Source: Octopus vulgaris
Lineage: Eukaryota
Direction of reading: 5' to 3'
Assembly: GCA_951406725.2 (NCBI GenBank)
Contig: OX597817.1
Span: forward strand, 141,670,001-141,734,000
DNA: 64,000 bases
The notes under the pieces: generated by a model
Told to the model about the DNA's origin: nothing
Databases searched by the model: none
What the model saw: only the letters and a program-made list of their open reading frames with translations
Position numbers and translations under genes: made by a program
Shown: piece by piece, positions 40,747-51,961 of the stretch
Layout of the letters: every line of letters starts with the position of its first letter
Numbering within the stretch: the stretch's first letter is position 1

Positions 40747-42251
40747 TTTTGCCCGGCGTTCTAACGATTTTGCCAGCGTACTGTCTTGATTACTTAAAGT
40801 ATTCCAAACTTGAAATGCTCTGAAAACCTGTTTCTGAATATGCAATTCTGCAATGAGGATACGTCAAAAATAGAGCCGTGCGCCTTGTATGCCATCAGAT
40901 AAGGTAAACTAAGGTGACTCAGTGTAACGACATTAGCCTTTGGCGAAATTCCCGCATATCTCTCTGGTACGCATTGTGCTCACTCACCCATTGCAATTAT
41001 TTGAGGTTCTCTAATTTAATATCCGACTTCACACAAAATTGTGTATTTTCCAAGTGCTCATCTGGATCATTCTACTCTTTGAGTGCAAACAATGCCCAGT
41101 GAGTGCTGAAGATCTCCGAAATCTCAAAGTCTTCAACCACTACTGCCTACGTTGAATTTTGCATGTTTCCCCATTGGAACCCCTAAATACGACAACGCTG
41201 CTGCATCAATTCTCTGCAGCTAGCTCGACTCACAAGAGGTCTAAGGTGGTTTGGCCATACTTCCCGTCAGCCTCCGGGCGAATTCACTCGCAAGGTGGTC
41301 ACCCTGGCTCCCATCCCAGGATGGCGCAAACGAGCGGGAGGAGAACTGAATATGTGGGTCGCGATGGTAAACGCAAACGTAGAATCACAGTCAAGCCCCC
41401 ACCCCGTCTATGGTGCTCGGTAGTGGAACCGAGAGTGGGCATCCATTATAGCCTCGATGAGTAGTCTGACCGTTGGATGTGGTCACCATTGTTGAGGAAC
41501 GAGGTGAACTCGTTGGTCGGAGCCAGTTAAACCCACACCAGGTGAATGTTGCAGCAAATAAGTACTTATATATCTTCTCTCTCCGATAGTTATCTTTTTT
41601 CCTATGTAGTCTACGGATGCAACTCTGTTATATATTTGAACCTAGGGTCCTCTATCCCCAACTGAGGGTTTTAATCGTGGCACCGTAGGGTTCGGCAGCT
41701 TACAAGCATCACTTGTAAATTTCTAAATTTCTTAACTTCTCACTATTTGCACTTCGATTTTTCTATATCCCGTTCATTTCAGCAAGTGTGATTCAGTGGC
41801 GATGCATTTTATAGCTTAATGATTTTAGGATTGTAAATATATAAAAATTGGTAATTCTATTTCATTTTCACCTTTATTTACATCTCTGTACTTGTAAAAT
41901 TTACAAACTGTCAATTCTAAACTTTGCAATTCCTTAATCGTATTATCTTGCGATAATCGCTAATTCTGTCAATGTGTAATTTTGCACATTGTATGTTATC
42001 ACTTCTTGAAAGTTTGCGTGGATGTTGCAAAATTTTGATGTATTTGTTCACTTTCTAAAAGAATTTGCATAATTGTTACACAATCTTTGGACATTTGGAC
42101 ATGTTTGCCTTCAATCATTTGCATTTTACAAATTTGTAAGCGTGTATGTTCTATTCTATATTTGCACATGCGCATATCCCACTTCTAGATTGCCATTTGT
42201 GTACGTAAGCGGCTCTGCATATGTACAGCATGTGGATATATACGCCGTATG

Positions 42252-42815
42252 TACGAGGGTGAGTCAAAAAGCAATGCTATTTTGTTTACGGCAGGTATAA
42301 TTACAAACACAGGAACATGTATCATACATCAAAATGAAGCTGGTCCTCTGTGGATCACATCGCTACTCCTCAACATAGTCACTGTTACTCTCAATAGCAA
42401 TGCTCCACCTTCGGATGAGAGCATGTATCCCTGCCCCATAAAATTATGTTGACTGTTCTTTGAGCCACTACTTCACTACAGTTTTCACTTCCTCGACACT
42501 GGAATAATGTTTGACTCTCAAACCCTCTTTCATGGGGCCGAAGAGATGATAGTCTGAAGGCGCTAAATTGATGAAGAAGTGAAAACTGTAGTGGAGAAGT
42601 GGCTTAAAGAACAGTCAACAGAATTTTACGTGGCAGGGATACATGCTCTCATTTGAAGGTGGAACATTATTATTGAGATAAACGGTGACTATGTTGAGAA
42701 GTGGTGATGTGATCCACATCGGACCAGCTTCATTTTGATGTATGATACACGTTCCTGTGTTAGTAATTATACTTGTCCTAAACAAAATGGCATTACGTTT
42801 TGACTCACCCTCGTA
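42252..42815. mobile_element. Mariner-derived MITE made of two inverted 3' ends
   Basis: TA|cgagggtgagtcaaaa...ttttgactcaccctcg|TA; ~235-bp diverged inverted arms encoding the transposase C-terminus (EEVKTVVEKWLKEQSTEFYVAGIHALI). Confidence 0.88.
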
Positions 42816-42939
42816 TAAGCATATATGTGTATACAAACAAAAGTTTACAAATTTGTATCTATTTGTAAATTATTGCACGACAGCATTCATCTGCATATCC
42901 GTATGTTATATGCAGATGTAATATAATTTTGAAGATTAA

Positions 42940-43252
42940 ATGCAATGGGGTTACACCTAGAAAATTCCCCTCCGAGGTAAAATGTCGAGCAGGTTCTTTA
43001 TGGAAAACCCGCAGTCACCCACGATACCAGCTTCCCCTCACCACGCCACCAATGTTAACCAAGGGAAAGGTAAAAGCCGATACAGCTTGGCACAAGTGCC
43101 GTCGCAACTTATTTCTACAGCTGAGTGAACTGGAGCAACGTGAAATAAAGTGTCTTGCTCCAGAACACAACACGCAGCCCGGTCCGGGAATCGAACTCAC
43201 GACTTCACGATCGTAAGATCGACGCTCTAACCCCTGAGCCATGCGACTTCAC
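42940..43252 (-). mobile_element. SINE family C (another copy at ~43660-43952; related subfamily at ~58840-59178)
   Basis: tRNA head with A/B boxes; GTTGTGTTCTTGAGCAAGRCACTT central domain. Confidence 0.88.
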
Positions 43253-43951
43253 ATAATTTTCCACATATACTCTATACGTTTATTTGAATGCATGTGTTTG
43301 TGTAAATATTTGCTTCAAACTTTGGTACGAGGCTAGAAATTTTGAGTTGAGGTGAGCTCTTAACTCGTAGTTATTTTATCGACCCCAGTTCTCAACTGGA
43401 ACTTACTTTATCGACTCCAAGAGGATCAAAGGAAAATTCCACCGCAGCAGAATTTGATCTCAGAATGCAAAGATGGACGAAATACCGCAAAGCATGTTGC
43501 CCGGCGTGCTAACGATTCTGCGCGTTTGTCGCCTTACGTTTGCGTGAATATTAATATGGAAAATATACATGATTAGACATTATGGATATGCACACAATTC
43601 TAAATGCGCAGATTTCAATACGGATATATATGCATACATGCAAATAAATATATATATATACAACCTTGCCCGGCACAAGTCCGGGCAAGGTTGTTTGTGG
43701 AAGACCAGCAGTCGCCAATGCATACCGGCCTTCTCTCTCCACACCACCAGTGTTATGCAAGGGAAAGGCAAAGGAGCCGATACAGCTTGGCGCGCGTGAC
43801 GTCGGAACTCGTTTCTACAGCTGAGTGAACTGGAGCAACGTGAAATAAAGTGTCTTGCTCAAGAACGCAACACACAGCCCGGTCTGGGATTCGAGCTCCT
43901 CATACCTCATGATCGTAAGCTCGACGCTCTAACCACTGAGCCGTGTGCCTT

Positions 43952-43990
<39 letters not shown>

Positions 43991-44125
43991 TTATATATAT
44001 ATCTACACACATTAATGAACGTGTGTATTTCGCTGCGCAGTTTCATGATCTCATCCATCTGAATGTGTGTGAATATATAAATCTCATATGTATATGAGGC
44101 CGATAAAGGGAGTGCTGTTGTCTTA

Positions 44126-45982
44126 ATGGATACGACATTTTACATAACTTTGGTACTTTCTATGCTGGAAGAGACAACATACTATGAAAAGGCACAAAAC
44201 TACAGTCAACAAAAAATAATGAGGGAACTAAAATCCATGTTAAACCCATACAAAGCAGAGCTCACCGACAAAGAATATGATTATATGACCAATTTCACAA
44301 GTAAAACCAGCCAATTCTACGGTATACCTAAGATCCACAAAAGTGAGAAAATAAGCAACGCATGCAAGATAGCTACAGACAAAATAATTAAAGTCCCTAA
44401 TCCTAATGACCTCAAATTGAGACCCATAATAGCAGGTCCCGCATGCGAAACCCACCGCCTCAGTAACTTTTTAGACACCCTGTTAAAACCACTCCTCAAA
44501 CCTGTCAAAAGCTATATAAGGGACGACTTAGATATGCTCAATCACCTACCGAATACTATAAACAAAAACACCATACTGGTATCCTTCGATGCAGTCAACC
44601 TCTACTCCAATATCCCCCACAACCTAGGACTAGAGGCAATCCAATTCTGGCTAGAAAATCACGCCAACGAACTACCACATCGCATCAAAAAAGAATTCGT
44701 GATAGAAGGGGTTAAATTCATCCTGGAAAATAACTTCTTCGCCTTCAATGACAACTTCTACCGACAAAAATCGGGGACTGCGATGGGTACACGAATGGCC
44801 TCCTCCTTTGCCAACCTAGTCATAGGATATCTAGAGATCGGTCTGTATCGTAAGGTTCTAGAAAGATATGGCAGCCCTTTCTCCATCTACATAGAAAACA
44901 ACTGGAAGAGATATCTAGATGACTGTTTCATTCTTTGGCATAAAAATATAGAAAAACTCATAGAATTCCAGGAAATTTTAAACGGACTGGACGTAAACAT
45001 CCAATTCACGATGGAATATAGCCAGCAACAACTCCCCTTCCTCGATATCCTCATTAAGAAAGCTAATAATATAATAGAAACAGACATATATTATAAGCCT
45101 ACAGACTCTAAGCAATATCTTCCATTCAATTCATGCCACCCCAGACACACCAGGATGAATATCCCCTTCAATCTAGCAAAAAGGATCTGCACTATAGTCT
45201 CTAACGCAAACACCAGAGACACACGACTACAAGAACTAAATGATACCCTTATCACCAGGAACTATCCACCTTCACTTATTGACAAGTGCATTCAACGTGC
45301 CCTTCAACTTAACATCAAGGAACTGAGACACCCCAAATCAAAGAAAAACTTTCAACCAAAAGCCTTACCATACATCTCCACACACAACCCTCTAAATAAC
45401 GAAGCCTTCGGCACCATCCTCCACAACATACCCCTCCTAAAAAAAGACCACAGAATGAACACAATCCTCCAAACACACACGATCATAAAAAGCAAGAGAC
45501 AGCCTAAATCCATGAAAAGTCTCCTAACACAAGCCCGAATTCACTCTTCAACACAGAAGCCGACAGTAAAAAAATGTGGAAGACCCAATTGCGGGATATG
45601 CGACTATCTAATTGAGGGATCAGAGTTCTCCTTCAAACAGGGACAACGGTTTACAGTGAAAAGCAACTTCACATGTGCTTCGGAGAACCTAATATACTCA
45701 CTAACCTGCTCCGGGTGTCAAGAGCAGTACATAGGCCAAACAAAAAATAGTTTGCGTAAACGAATGGCCCTGCACAGATCCCAGATAAAAATTCCCCAAA
45801 ACAGAAAAATAGCTTTTAGCCAACACATAGATACTTGCGCCAACAAAAAAACACCAAGCTTCAGGATTTTCCTCCTCTACCAATTTAGGGACGATACAAC
45901 CTCGAGACAACGAATAAGTAAAGAAACTCTCTTTATTACAAAATACAGGCCACTTCTTAACGGGTCTACGACAAACAATTAA
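44126..45982 (+). CDS. PLE reverse transcriptase + GIY-YIG endonuclease (618 aa open frame, N-terminally truncated)
   Basis: FYGIPKIHK, LRPIIAG, SFDAVNLYSNI, GTAMG, RYLDD, LPFLDI, YYKPTD, SCHP; linker CGRPNCGIC; NLIYSLTCSGCQEQYIGQT...R...H...H (CCHH-type GIY-YIG). Confidence 0.95.
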   Translation: MDTTFYITLVLSMLEETTYYEKAQNYSQQKIMRELKSMLNPYKAELTDKEYDYMTNFTSKTSQFYGIPKIHKSEKISNACKIATDKIIKVPNPNDLKLRPIIAGPACETHRLSNFLDTLLKPLLKPVKSYIRDDLDMLNHLPNTINKNTILVSFDAVNLYSNIPHNLGLEAIQFWLENHANELPHRIKKEFVIEGVKFILENNFFAFNDNFYRQKSGTAMGTRMASSFANLVIGYLEIGLYRKVLERYGSPFSIYIENNWKRYLDDCFILWHKNIEKLIEFQEILNGLDVNIQFTMEYSQQQLPFLDILIKKANNIIETDIYYKPTDSKQYLPFNSCHPRHTRMNIPFNLAKRICTIVSNANTRDTRLQELNDTLITRNYPPSLIDKCIQRALQLNIKELRHPKSKKNFQPKALPYISTHNPLNNEAFGTILHNIPLLKKDHRMNTILQTHTIIKSKRQPKSMKSLLTQARIHSSTQKPTVKKCGRPNCGICDYLIEGSEFSFKQGQRFTVKSNFTCASENLIYSLTCSGCQEQYIGQTKNSLRKRMALHRSQIKIPQNRKIAFSQHIDTCANKKTPSFRIFLLYQFRDDTTSRQRISKETLFITKYRPLLNGSTTNN

Positions 45983-46765
45983 TATACATCAACTTTAGAA
46001 TAAAAGAAATATACACACACAAATATTACATTCCAAAGAATCCATTACTAATCAGCCCCCAATCACAGCTATACTCCATAACATGCCAACTTCAAGTCAT
46101 ACAGCACCTCACTACTTTCACCCATTCATATTCTCCCTTCTCTGTTTTTTTCTTCTTCTTCATCATCATCATTATCATCATCATCGTCGTCATCATCATC
46201 ACCACCACCATCATCATCATCATCATCTTCTCCTTCTCCTTCTCCTTCTTCTTCTTCTTCTTCTTCTTCATCATCATCATCATCAACATCGTCATCTTCT
46301 TCTTCTTCTTCTTCTTCTTCTTCTTCTTCTTCTTCTTCTTCTTCTTCTACTTCTCCACCTTCTACCCCTTAACTTTATCACTAATGTTTTTTAGTATAAC
46401 ACCTACGCAAATTTCATAAACAAGCCTCTCAATAGAAATATTCTCCTGAATTGAACTGCGACTGCTAGCCGCCACTGACCATTCAAAATACGACCATCAG
46501 GGCACTCCCAGATTTTCCCACCCCCTTTCCTCATCAGCCTTCTTCTTCTTCTTCTTCTTCTTCTTCTTCTTCTTCTTCTTCTTCTTCTTCTTCTTCTTCT
46601 TCTTCTTCTACCCTACCAAGAACTCACAACGACCTCCGACACACAAGTGCAAACAAGGGAGTCAGAGAAAGGCAGAATGCCACATATATCTGAACACTAC
46701 TATAGAAATATTCCTTTAAAAAAACTTTTCTTCTAATTTTTCTAGATTTAATTATTTAATCGTTA

Positions 46766-46803
46766 CAGTTGAAAAGGTCTCAAAATGACCGAAACCGGTA
46801 CTG
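46766..46803 (+). ncRNA. Minimal hammerhead ribozyme with compensatory U3-A8 core
   Basis: CAG-UUGAAAA-GGUC-ucaaaau-GACC-GAAAC-CG-GUA-CUG; palindromic stem III ACCGGU; located at the PLE 3' end. Confidence 0.8.
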
Positions 46804-47042
46804 AAATGTTCACTATAAAATTATTTTAGCATTTTCTATTTTTGACTTGTTTTTTCATATATATCAACTCGTGTGTTCCTTTTCACCCTTATACATATAT
46901 ATATATATATTTATCTGGGAAAAAGTTTTTCCATACATATCTACTCGTGTGTTCCTTTCAACCTTCTACACACACACACATGCATATACATATACATGTA
47001 TATATGTATATATATAAATGCATATATATACATATATATATG

Positions 47043-47078
<36 letters not shown>

Positions 47079-47526
47079 TTAGAGGACCATGGGATGCGAG
47101 GTGACGAGAATGGCTGTTTAGTACATCACACGGTTGTTACAATAAATATAAATTTGAATACTTCATAGAAGTGCGAAAGAGAAAGAAAAAGAGACACGAC
47201 CGCGTAGAATGATTAAGAGAAAATTTATTGATAAAATAGCATGTGAGTCTGTGTGTGCGTCATGTATAGAGAATGATAGACAGGCCGTCATGAGAACTAA
47301 ATGTATGTGTGTGTGCATAAGCACAGATGTATGCGCGTGTGAAGGATATATAAGAATGGCAATAAAGAAGGAGACAGTGAAAAGCCTATAGCTATCGAAG
47401 TGAGAAGTTCATAGACACAAGTCAGATAATTAATACCAGTCTATAGTCATTAGTACACGCTAGTTGAAATACTGTATCACGAAATCGCGGTCATGATGCT
47501 GAGTTGGTTGCAGGTGCATGTCATAC

Positions 47527-47607
47527 TTGAAGTTGTGGCTGTGATGCTGCTGCCTGGGTCACCTGGTACAGGAGGTTTTGCAGGTTGTATATTCGCTGTT
47601 GATCCAT
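47527..47607 (-). CDS. Candidate first coding exon MDQQRIYNLQNLLYQVTQAAASQPQLQ (or 28-aa micropeptide ending at TGA 47521-47523)
   Basis: Optimal Kozak CACCATGG; unique GC-richer DNA downstream of a TATA promoter; possible phase-0 donor CAA|GTATGA. Protein not recognised. Confidence 0.5.
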
Positions 47608-48044
47608 GGTGAAGTAATTCACGAACAGAAAAGTGTTGGAACCTGAGCGAGTTGCTTACTGAGCTGTGTACGTACAGAGATGATGTTGACGACGTTAAGA
47701 AAATGATGGTGGTCACGAAGATGGAGGTTGCTGTAATGCTGTTGGACGAAGTTCGTAAATCTCAATGCGGTTGCTGTGGTGTTCTCACTGGAACTGGCTG
47801 TGTCTGCGTGGACAGTGACTTGACCTCGAAATATCAGGAACCAAAGACGTGTATTCAGGAATAAGCTGGGTTTTTTTTTATATAAAGTAGTATGCTCGAA
47901 ATAGGATTCGGAAAAGGTTGTTCACATGATGCTGTCTAAAGTCTCTGACTGGATATCTGCGGTCAGTTGGTACAACAGATTAGGAGACCACCTGCGCCAA
48001 TACCAACCAGAGTAGTGGACAAAACGGATACAAACAACGACCGA

Positions 48045-48122
48045 AGGCCAGTTGATCCCTGCTACGTTCGAGTGCACGTATATATAGAGTCTGCGCTAAA
48101 TATAGCCACTCACGAGTCATTT
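48045..48122 (-). promoter_or_regulatory. Pol II core promoter: Inr-like TCAACT (+1 near 48053), TATA (48079-48086), MEF2 site CTAAATATAG (48096-48105), AP-1/N-box-like TGACTCGTGA
   Basis: TATA lies about 30 bp upstream of the Inr; the MEF2 site fits YTA(A/T)4TAR exactly; CpG-containing unique sequence. Confidence 0.6.
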
Positions 48123-48513
48123 TGTTGGAAACAAAATAGACGATAAAAGGAAAATATATTTGTAGCTAAGAGATGAAATTAGAAAGAATGGTTGGTCGTT
48201 AAAGTAAAATGGAAGCTAGCACTGAAGTAGGGAAATAAATGCGTGTCCTGAGTCGGGGTTACCAATTTGCAGGGACTGTGCAATATTATAAAGAAACCAT
48301 TCTCCTCACCTCATCACACGGTCGCTACATATACATAGATATATATATAGCACGGACTTTTGTCAGTAAACAAGTCCCGGTCTTAAAGCGACGAAAATAT
48401 TTTGACAAATTAAACTTAAATGCTGAAGTGAATCGAACGGCTTTTGTGTGTTTCTTAAATGGCTTACAAACACCTTCCACGCTGCAATTGTTATGTATAC
48501 ATGTATTTACACA

Positions 48514-48586
<73 letters not shown>

Positions 48587-48649
48587 CACATACATATTAA
48601 GTATATTCTATATGTGTGTATATGTGTGTGGGCGCGTGCGTGTGTAGAT

Positions 48650-48727
<78 letters not shown>

Positions 48728-49386
48728 GCAGACAGAAAAGGTCACACACACGCACACGGACGGACAATATACACACAACATTGGATTTCCTAAGAATAAG
48801 GAAATATAGTAAAAGAACATTTTTTGGGAAATGAAAAGTTGCGAAAATTGATTGTTATATGTCAATAAATATTTGTTCTATAAAAACGCGATGCGGTAAG
48901 TTGATTAATAGATATCATAAACCGGAATCGCTTTTTTTCACTGCATCTAATATGCGTAAAATATAAATTCTTTAATAAAATATATATTTCTAACTTGCAT
49001 GAAAGAATGAAAATGTAGGAGAGATTTTATGGACAAATATAGGCATGTGAGAGTAATTAGGATAATATATTTGTCTTTCGATGGTATCGGGAATGGTAAA
49101 CAATGAGAATGATTAATGTAGCAATAAATATATTTTTTACCAAGTTTGGTTAATTTTAATGCATTATTTCATATATATACATTATTTCATGTATATATAT
49201 ATATATATATGGATATATGTATATAAGAGTGGCTGTGTGTTAAGTAGTCTGCTTACCAAGTACATGGTTCCGGGTTCAATCCCCACTGCATGGCAACTTC
49301 GGTAAGGGTCTTCTAGTAAAGCCTCGGGAGGACCAAAAACTTGTGAATGAATTTGATAGATGGAAACTGAAAGAAGCCTATCGTAT

Positions 49387-49468
<82 letters not shown>

Positions 49469-49575
49469 ATATGTTTGTGTCTGTGTTTGACCCCGCAATA
49501 TCGCTTCACAACCGTTGCTGGTGTGTTTATGTCCACGTAACTTAGCCGTTCAACAAAAGGAAACCGATACAATAA

Positions 49576-49625
49576 CTTCGTGCGTTGATAAGGGCCAACG
49601 CACGAAGCTCTCAGATTTTAACTCC
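49576..49625 (+). ncRNA. Degenerate U3-A8 hammerhead motif with a 12-bp fold-back at its 5' junction
   Basis: UUGAUAA-GGGC-caac-GCAC-GAAGCUCUCAGA; perfect hairpin cttcgtgcgttg/caacgcacgaag. Confidence 0.45.
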
Positions 49626-49678
49626 TCCTCTTACTTCTGCTTAATATTAATAAATATTGATAAAAAATACATATATTC

Positions 49679-49714
<36 letters not shown>

Positions 49715-50190
49715 TTGCATATATAGGTATAGGACGTCACCAACGTTGCAAATATCATGAAATACACAAACATACCAGAGAAAAGTACTGAAATACGTAA
49801 ACGAGAAAAAACAGAAAACATAGAAATGACCATTCATCAGTTGTCGACTGTCTGTCTACTCCTCAGTTCAAGCATTCAACGACAACATGTGTCTTTAAAG
49901 ACAGTTGCTTCCATAAATTCTGAAATACAATTTAGGATTTACGGAGGGTCAAATTTGGTAACAAAAAAATGACAGTGGAGACATAGAAGGAAACCGACCG
50001 AAAACAAACATTGAACGTTGGGAAAAACATTTTCCCAAAATGAAAAGATAGAGAGAAAAAGAAAAATACGTCCGCTTGTTTAAACGTCCGTGCAGGAATA
50101 GAAATAAGGTCATGTGAGGAAAAGAAAGGTGGACGACGGTTACGTGTAAGCAACGAGAGAATGAGTGAGAGGAACAGATAAAAAGGGAAG

Positions 50191-50221
<31 letters not shown>

Positions 50222-50384
50222 AATCGTTGAAGGAGGGAGGGGGTAGAAAAGGGAATTAGAGAAAGTCGGAGAACGAAAACAGTACGGAGTAGAGAGTGGA
50301 ATCAAAAAGGTGAAGACAAACTTACTCGGAAATGGATGCGTTGCGTTAAATAATAAATGATATATATATATATCTATCTATCTA

Positions 50385-50433
<49 letters not shown>

Positions 50434-50470
50434 ATATATAAACACACCGACATCGGTTGTCAAGTGATGA

Positions 50471-50630
50471 TTCCTGATCTTTCGAGGTCAAGCCACAGTC
50501 CACGCAGACACAGCCAGTTCCAGTGAGAACACCACAGCAACCGCATTGAGATTTACGAACTTCGTCCAACAGCATTACAGCAACCTCCATCTTCGTGACC
50601 ACCATCATTTTCTTAACGTCATCAACATCA
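50471..50630 (+). repeat. 160-bp inverted copy of 47681-47840 (candidate 5' UTR), flanked by direct repeat tcaagtgatg
   Basis: Four mismatches by my count; repeats at 50460-50469 and 50628-50637. Confidence 0.92.
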
Positions 50631-51013
50631 AGTGATGCATGTATGTATGTATGTATGTATGTATGTATTTATGTATGTATGTATGTATGTATGTATGTAT
50701 GTATGTATGTATGTATGTATGTATGTATGTTTGTATGTATGTATAAATATAAATTTCGAACGCAGTAAAGCTGTAAGGACAACGGTTTGGTGACTTACCA
50801 ATGTACGATAGAAAAGCAAAGTTGCTAGTAGGCGGCTGCGAAACCCTAACACTCAGCTAACGGCTGAGTTTGTTCATAAAATGGTTTAATGTGTGTGTGT
50901 ATATATATATATATATAATAACAAAGGGTAAAATTAATTAATTAAGAAGTAATCAATAATTTCACCAAGTAGAATTCGGCATGAAAAAGAACATTTCATG
51001 GTAAGCTTAAGTA

Positions 51014-51281
51014 ATACTTTATAATTAGGTTTCAGCAAAGATTTGCTTCACCACATACTGAAGTTTAGAAATAGCAGTCAAAAAATCTTAGCTATTCCTT
51101 CTACTTTAAAAGGGACTCCCAGAAAAACCAAAGTACTGGAAAACAATCCACGCATGGATTGTTTTCAAGTACTTTTCTGGGAGTCCCTTTTAAAGTAGAA
51201 AGAATAGCTAAGATTTTTTGACTGCTATTTCTAAACTTCAGTATGTGGTGAAGCAAATCTTTGCTGAACCCTAATTATAAA

Positions 51282-51285
<4 letters not shown>
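51014..51285. repeat. Near-perfect palindrome (~130-bp arms, 4-nt loop) in a (TA)n-flanked insert
   Basis: ...gaaaacaatcca-cgca-tggattgttttc...; arms match out to atactttataattagg / cctaattataaagtat. Confidence 0.95.
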
Positions 51286-51336
<51 letters not shown>

Positions 51337-51563
51337 TGTGTGTATGTATGTTAATGTATGTGTGCATATCATTTTATTATGTTTCTAAATATATATTAAT
51401 TCATACACAATTATGTGTACGTATATATACGTGTATACGCCCAATCAACCTCCCCTACACAGATACAAATTAATATAGACAACAGTATGCAATGTTTACC
51501 AAAAAGGAAATCTACAATTGTTACTAAATTTGATTAGTGTTAGAAACACCTGCAATGATAGAA

Positions 51564-51608
<45 letters not shown>

Positions 51609-51873
51609 GTATGAGTATGTGTGTACTTATCTATGTATGCATGTGTGTATATTTATAAACCTATTCTCTATGATATGTTGTAAGGATGTATGCTTGTGCA
51701 TGTGTGTGTGTGTGTGTGTGTGTGTTGGGGGAGAATGCATATGTGTGCATGTGTGAATATGATAGTGTGTGTGTCTGAGTGTGTAATACTACCGATTAAT
51801 TTCTAATGCACATCCTGTTGTTTTAACTCTAAATCACTACACTGATCTTTATACAATGAACCATAAACGGCAA

Positions 51874-51961
<88 letters not shown>

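Larger units (their letters stand above)
44097..46895 (+). mobile_element. Neptune-type Penelope-like element, 5'-truncated, with microsatellite-rich 3' UTR and terminal hammerhead
   Basis: Begins at the ADKG motif right after (TA)-rich DNA and ends in (TA)n; see the CDS and ribozyme entries. Confidence 0.93.

Noticed and set aside
47652-47864. Plus-strand ORF (and its copy 50378-50608) resembling a duplicated Cys-rich protein
   Set aside because: Antisense to the candidate leader; the duplication is the 160-bp templated copy and its ends ignore codon or exon boundaries.
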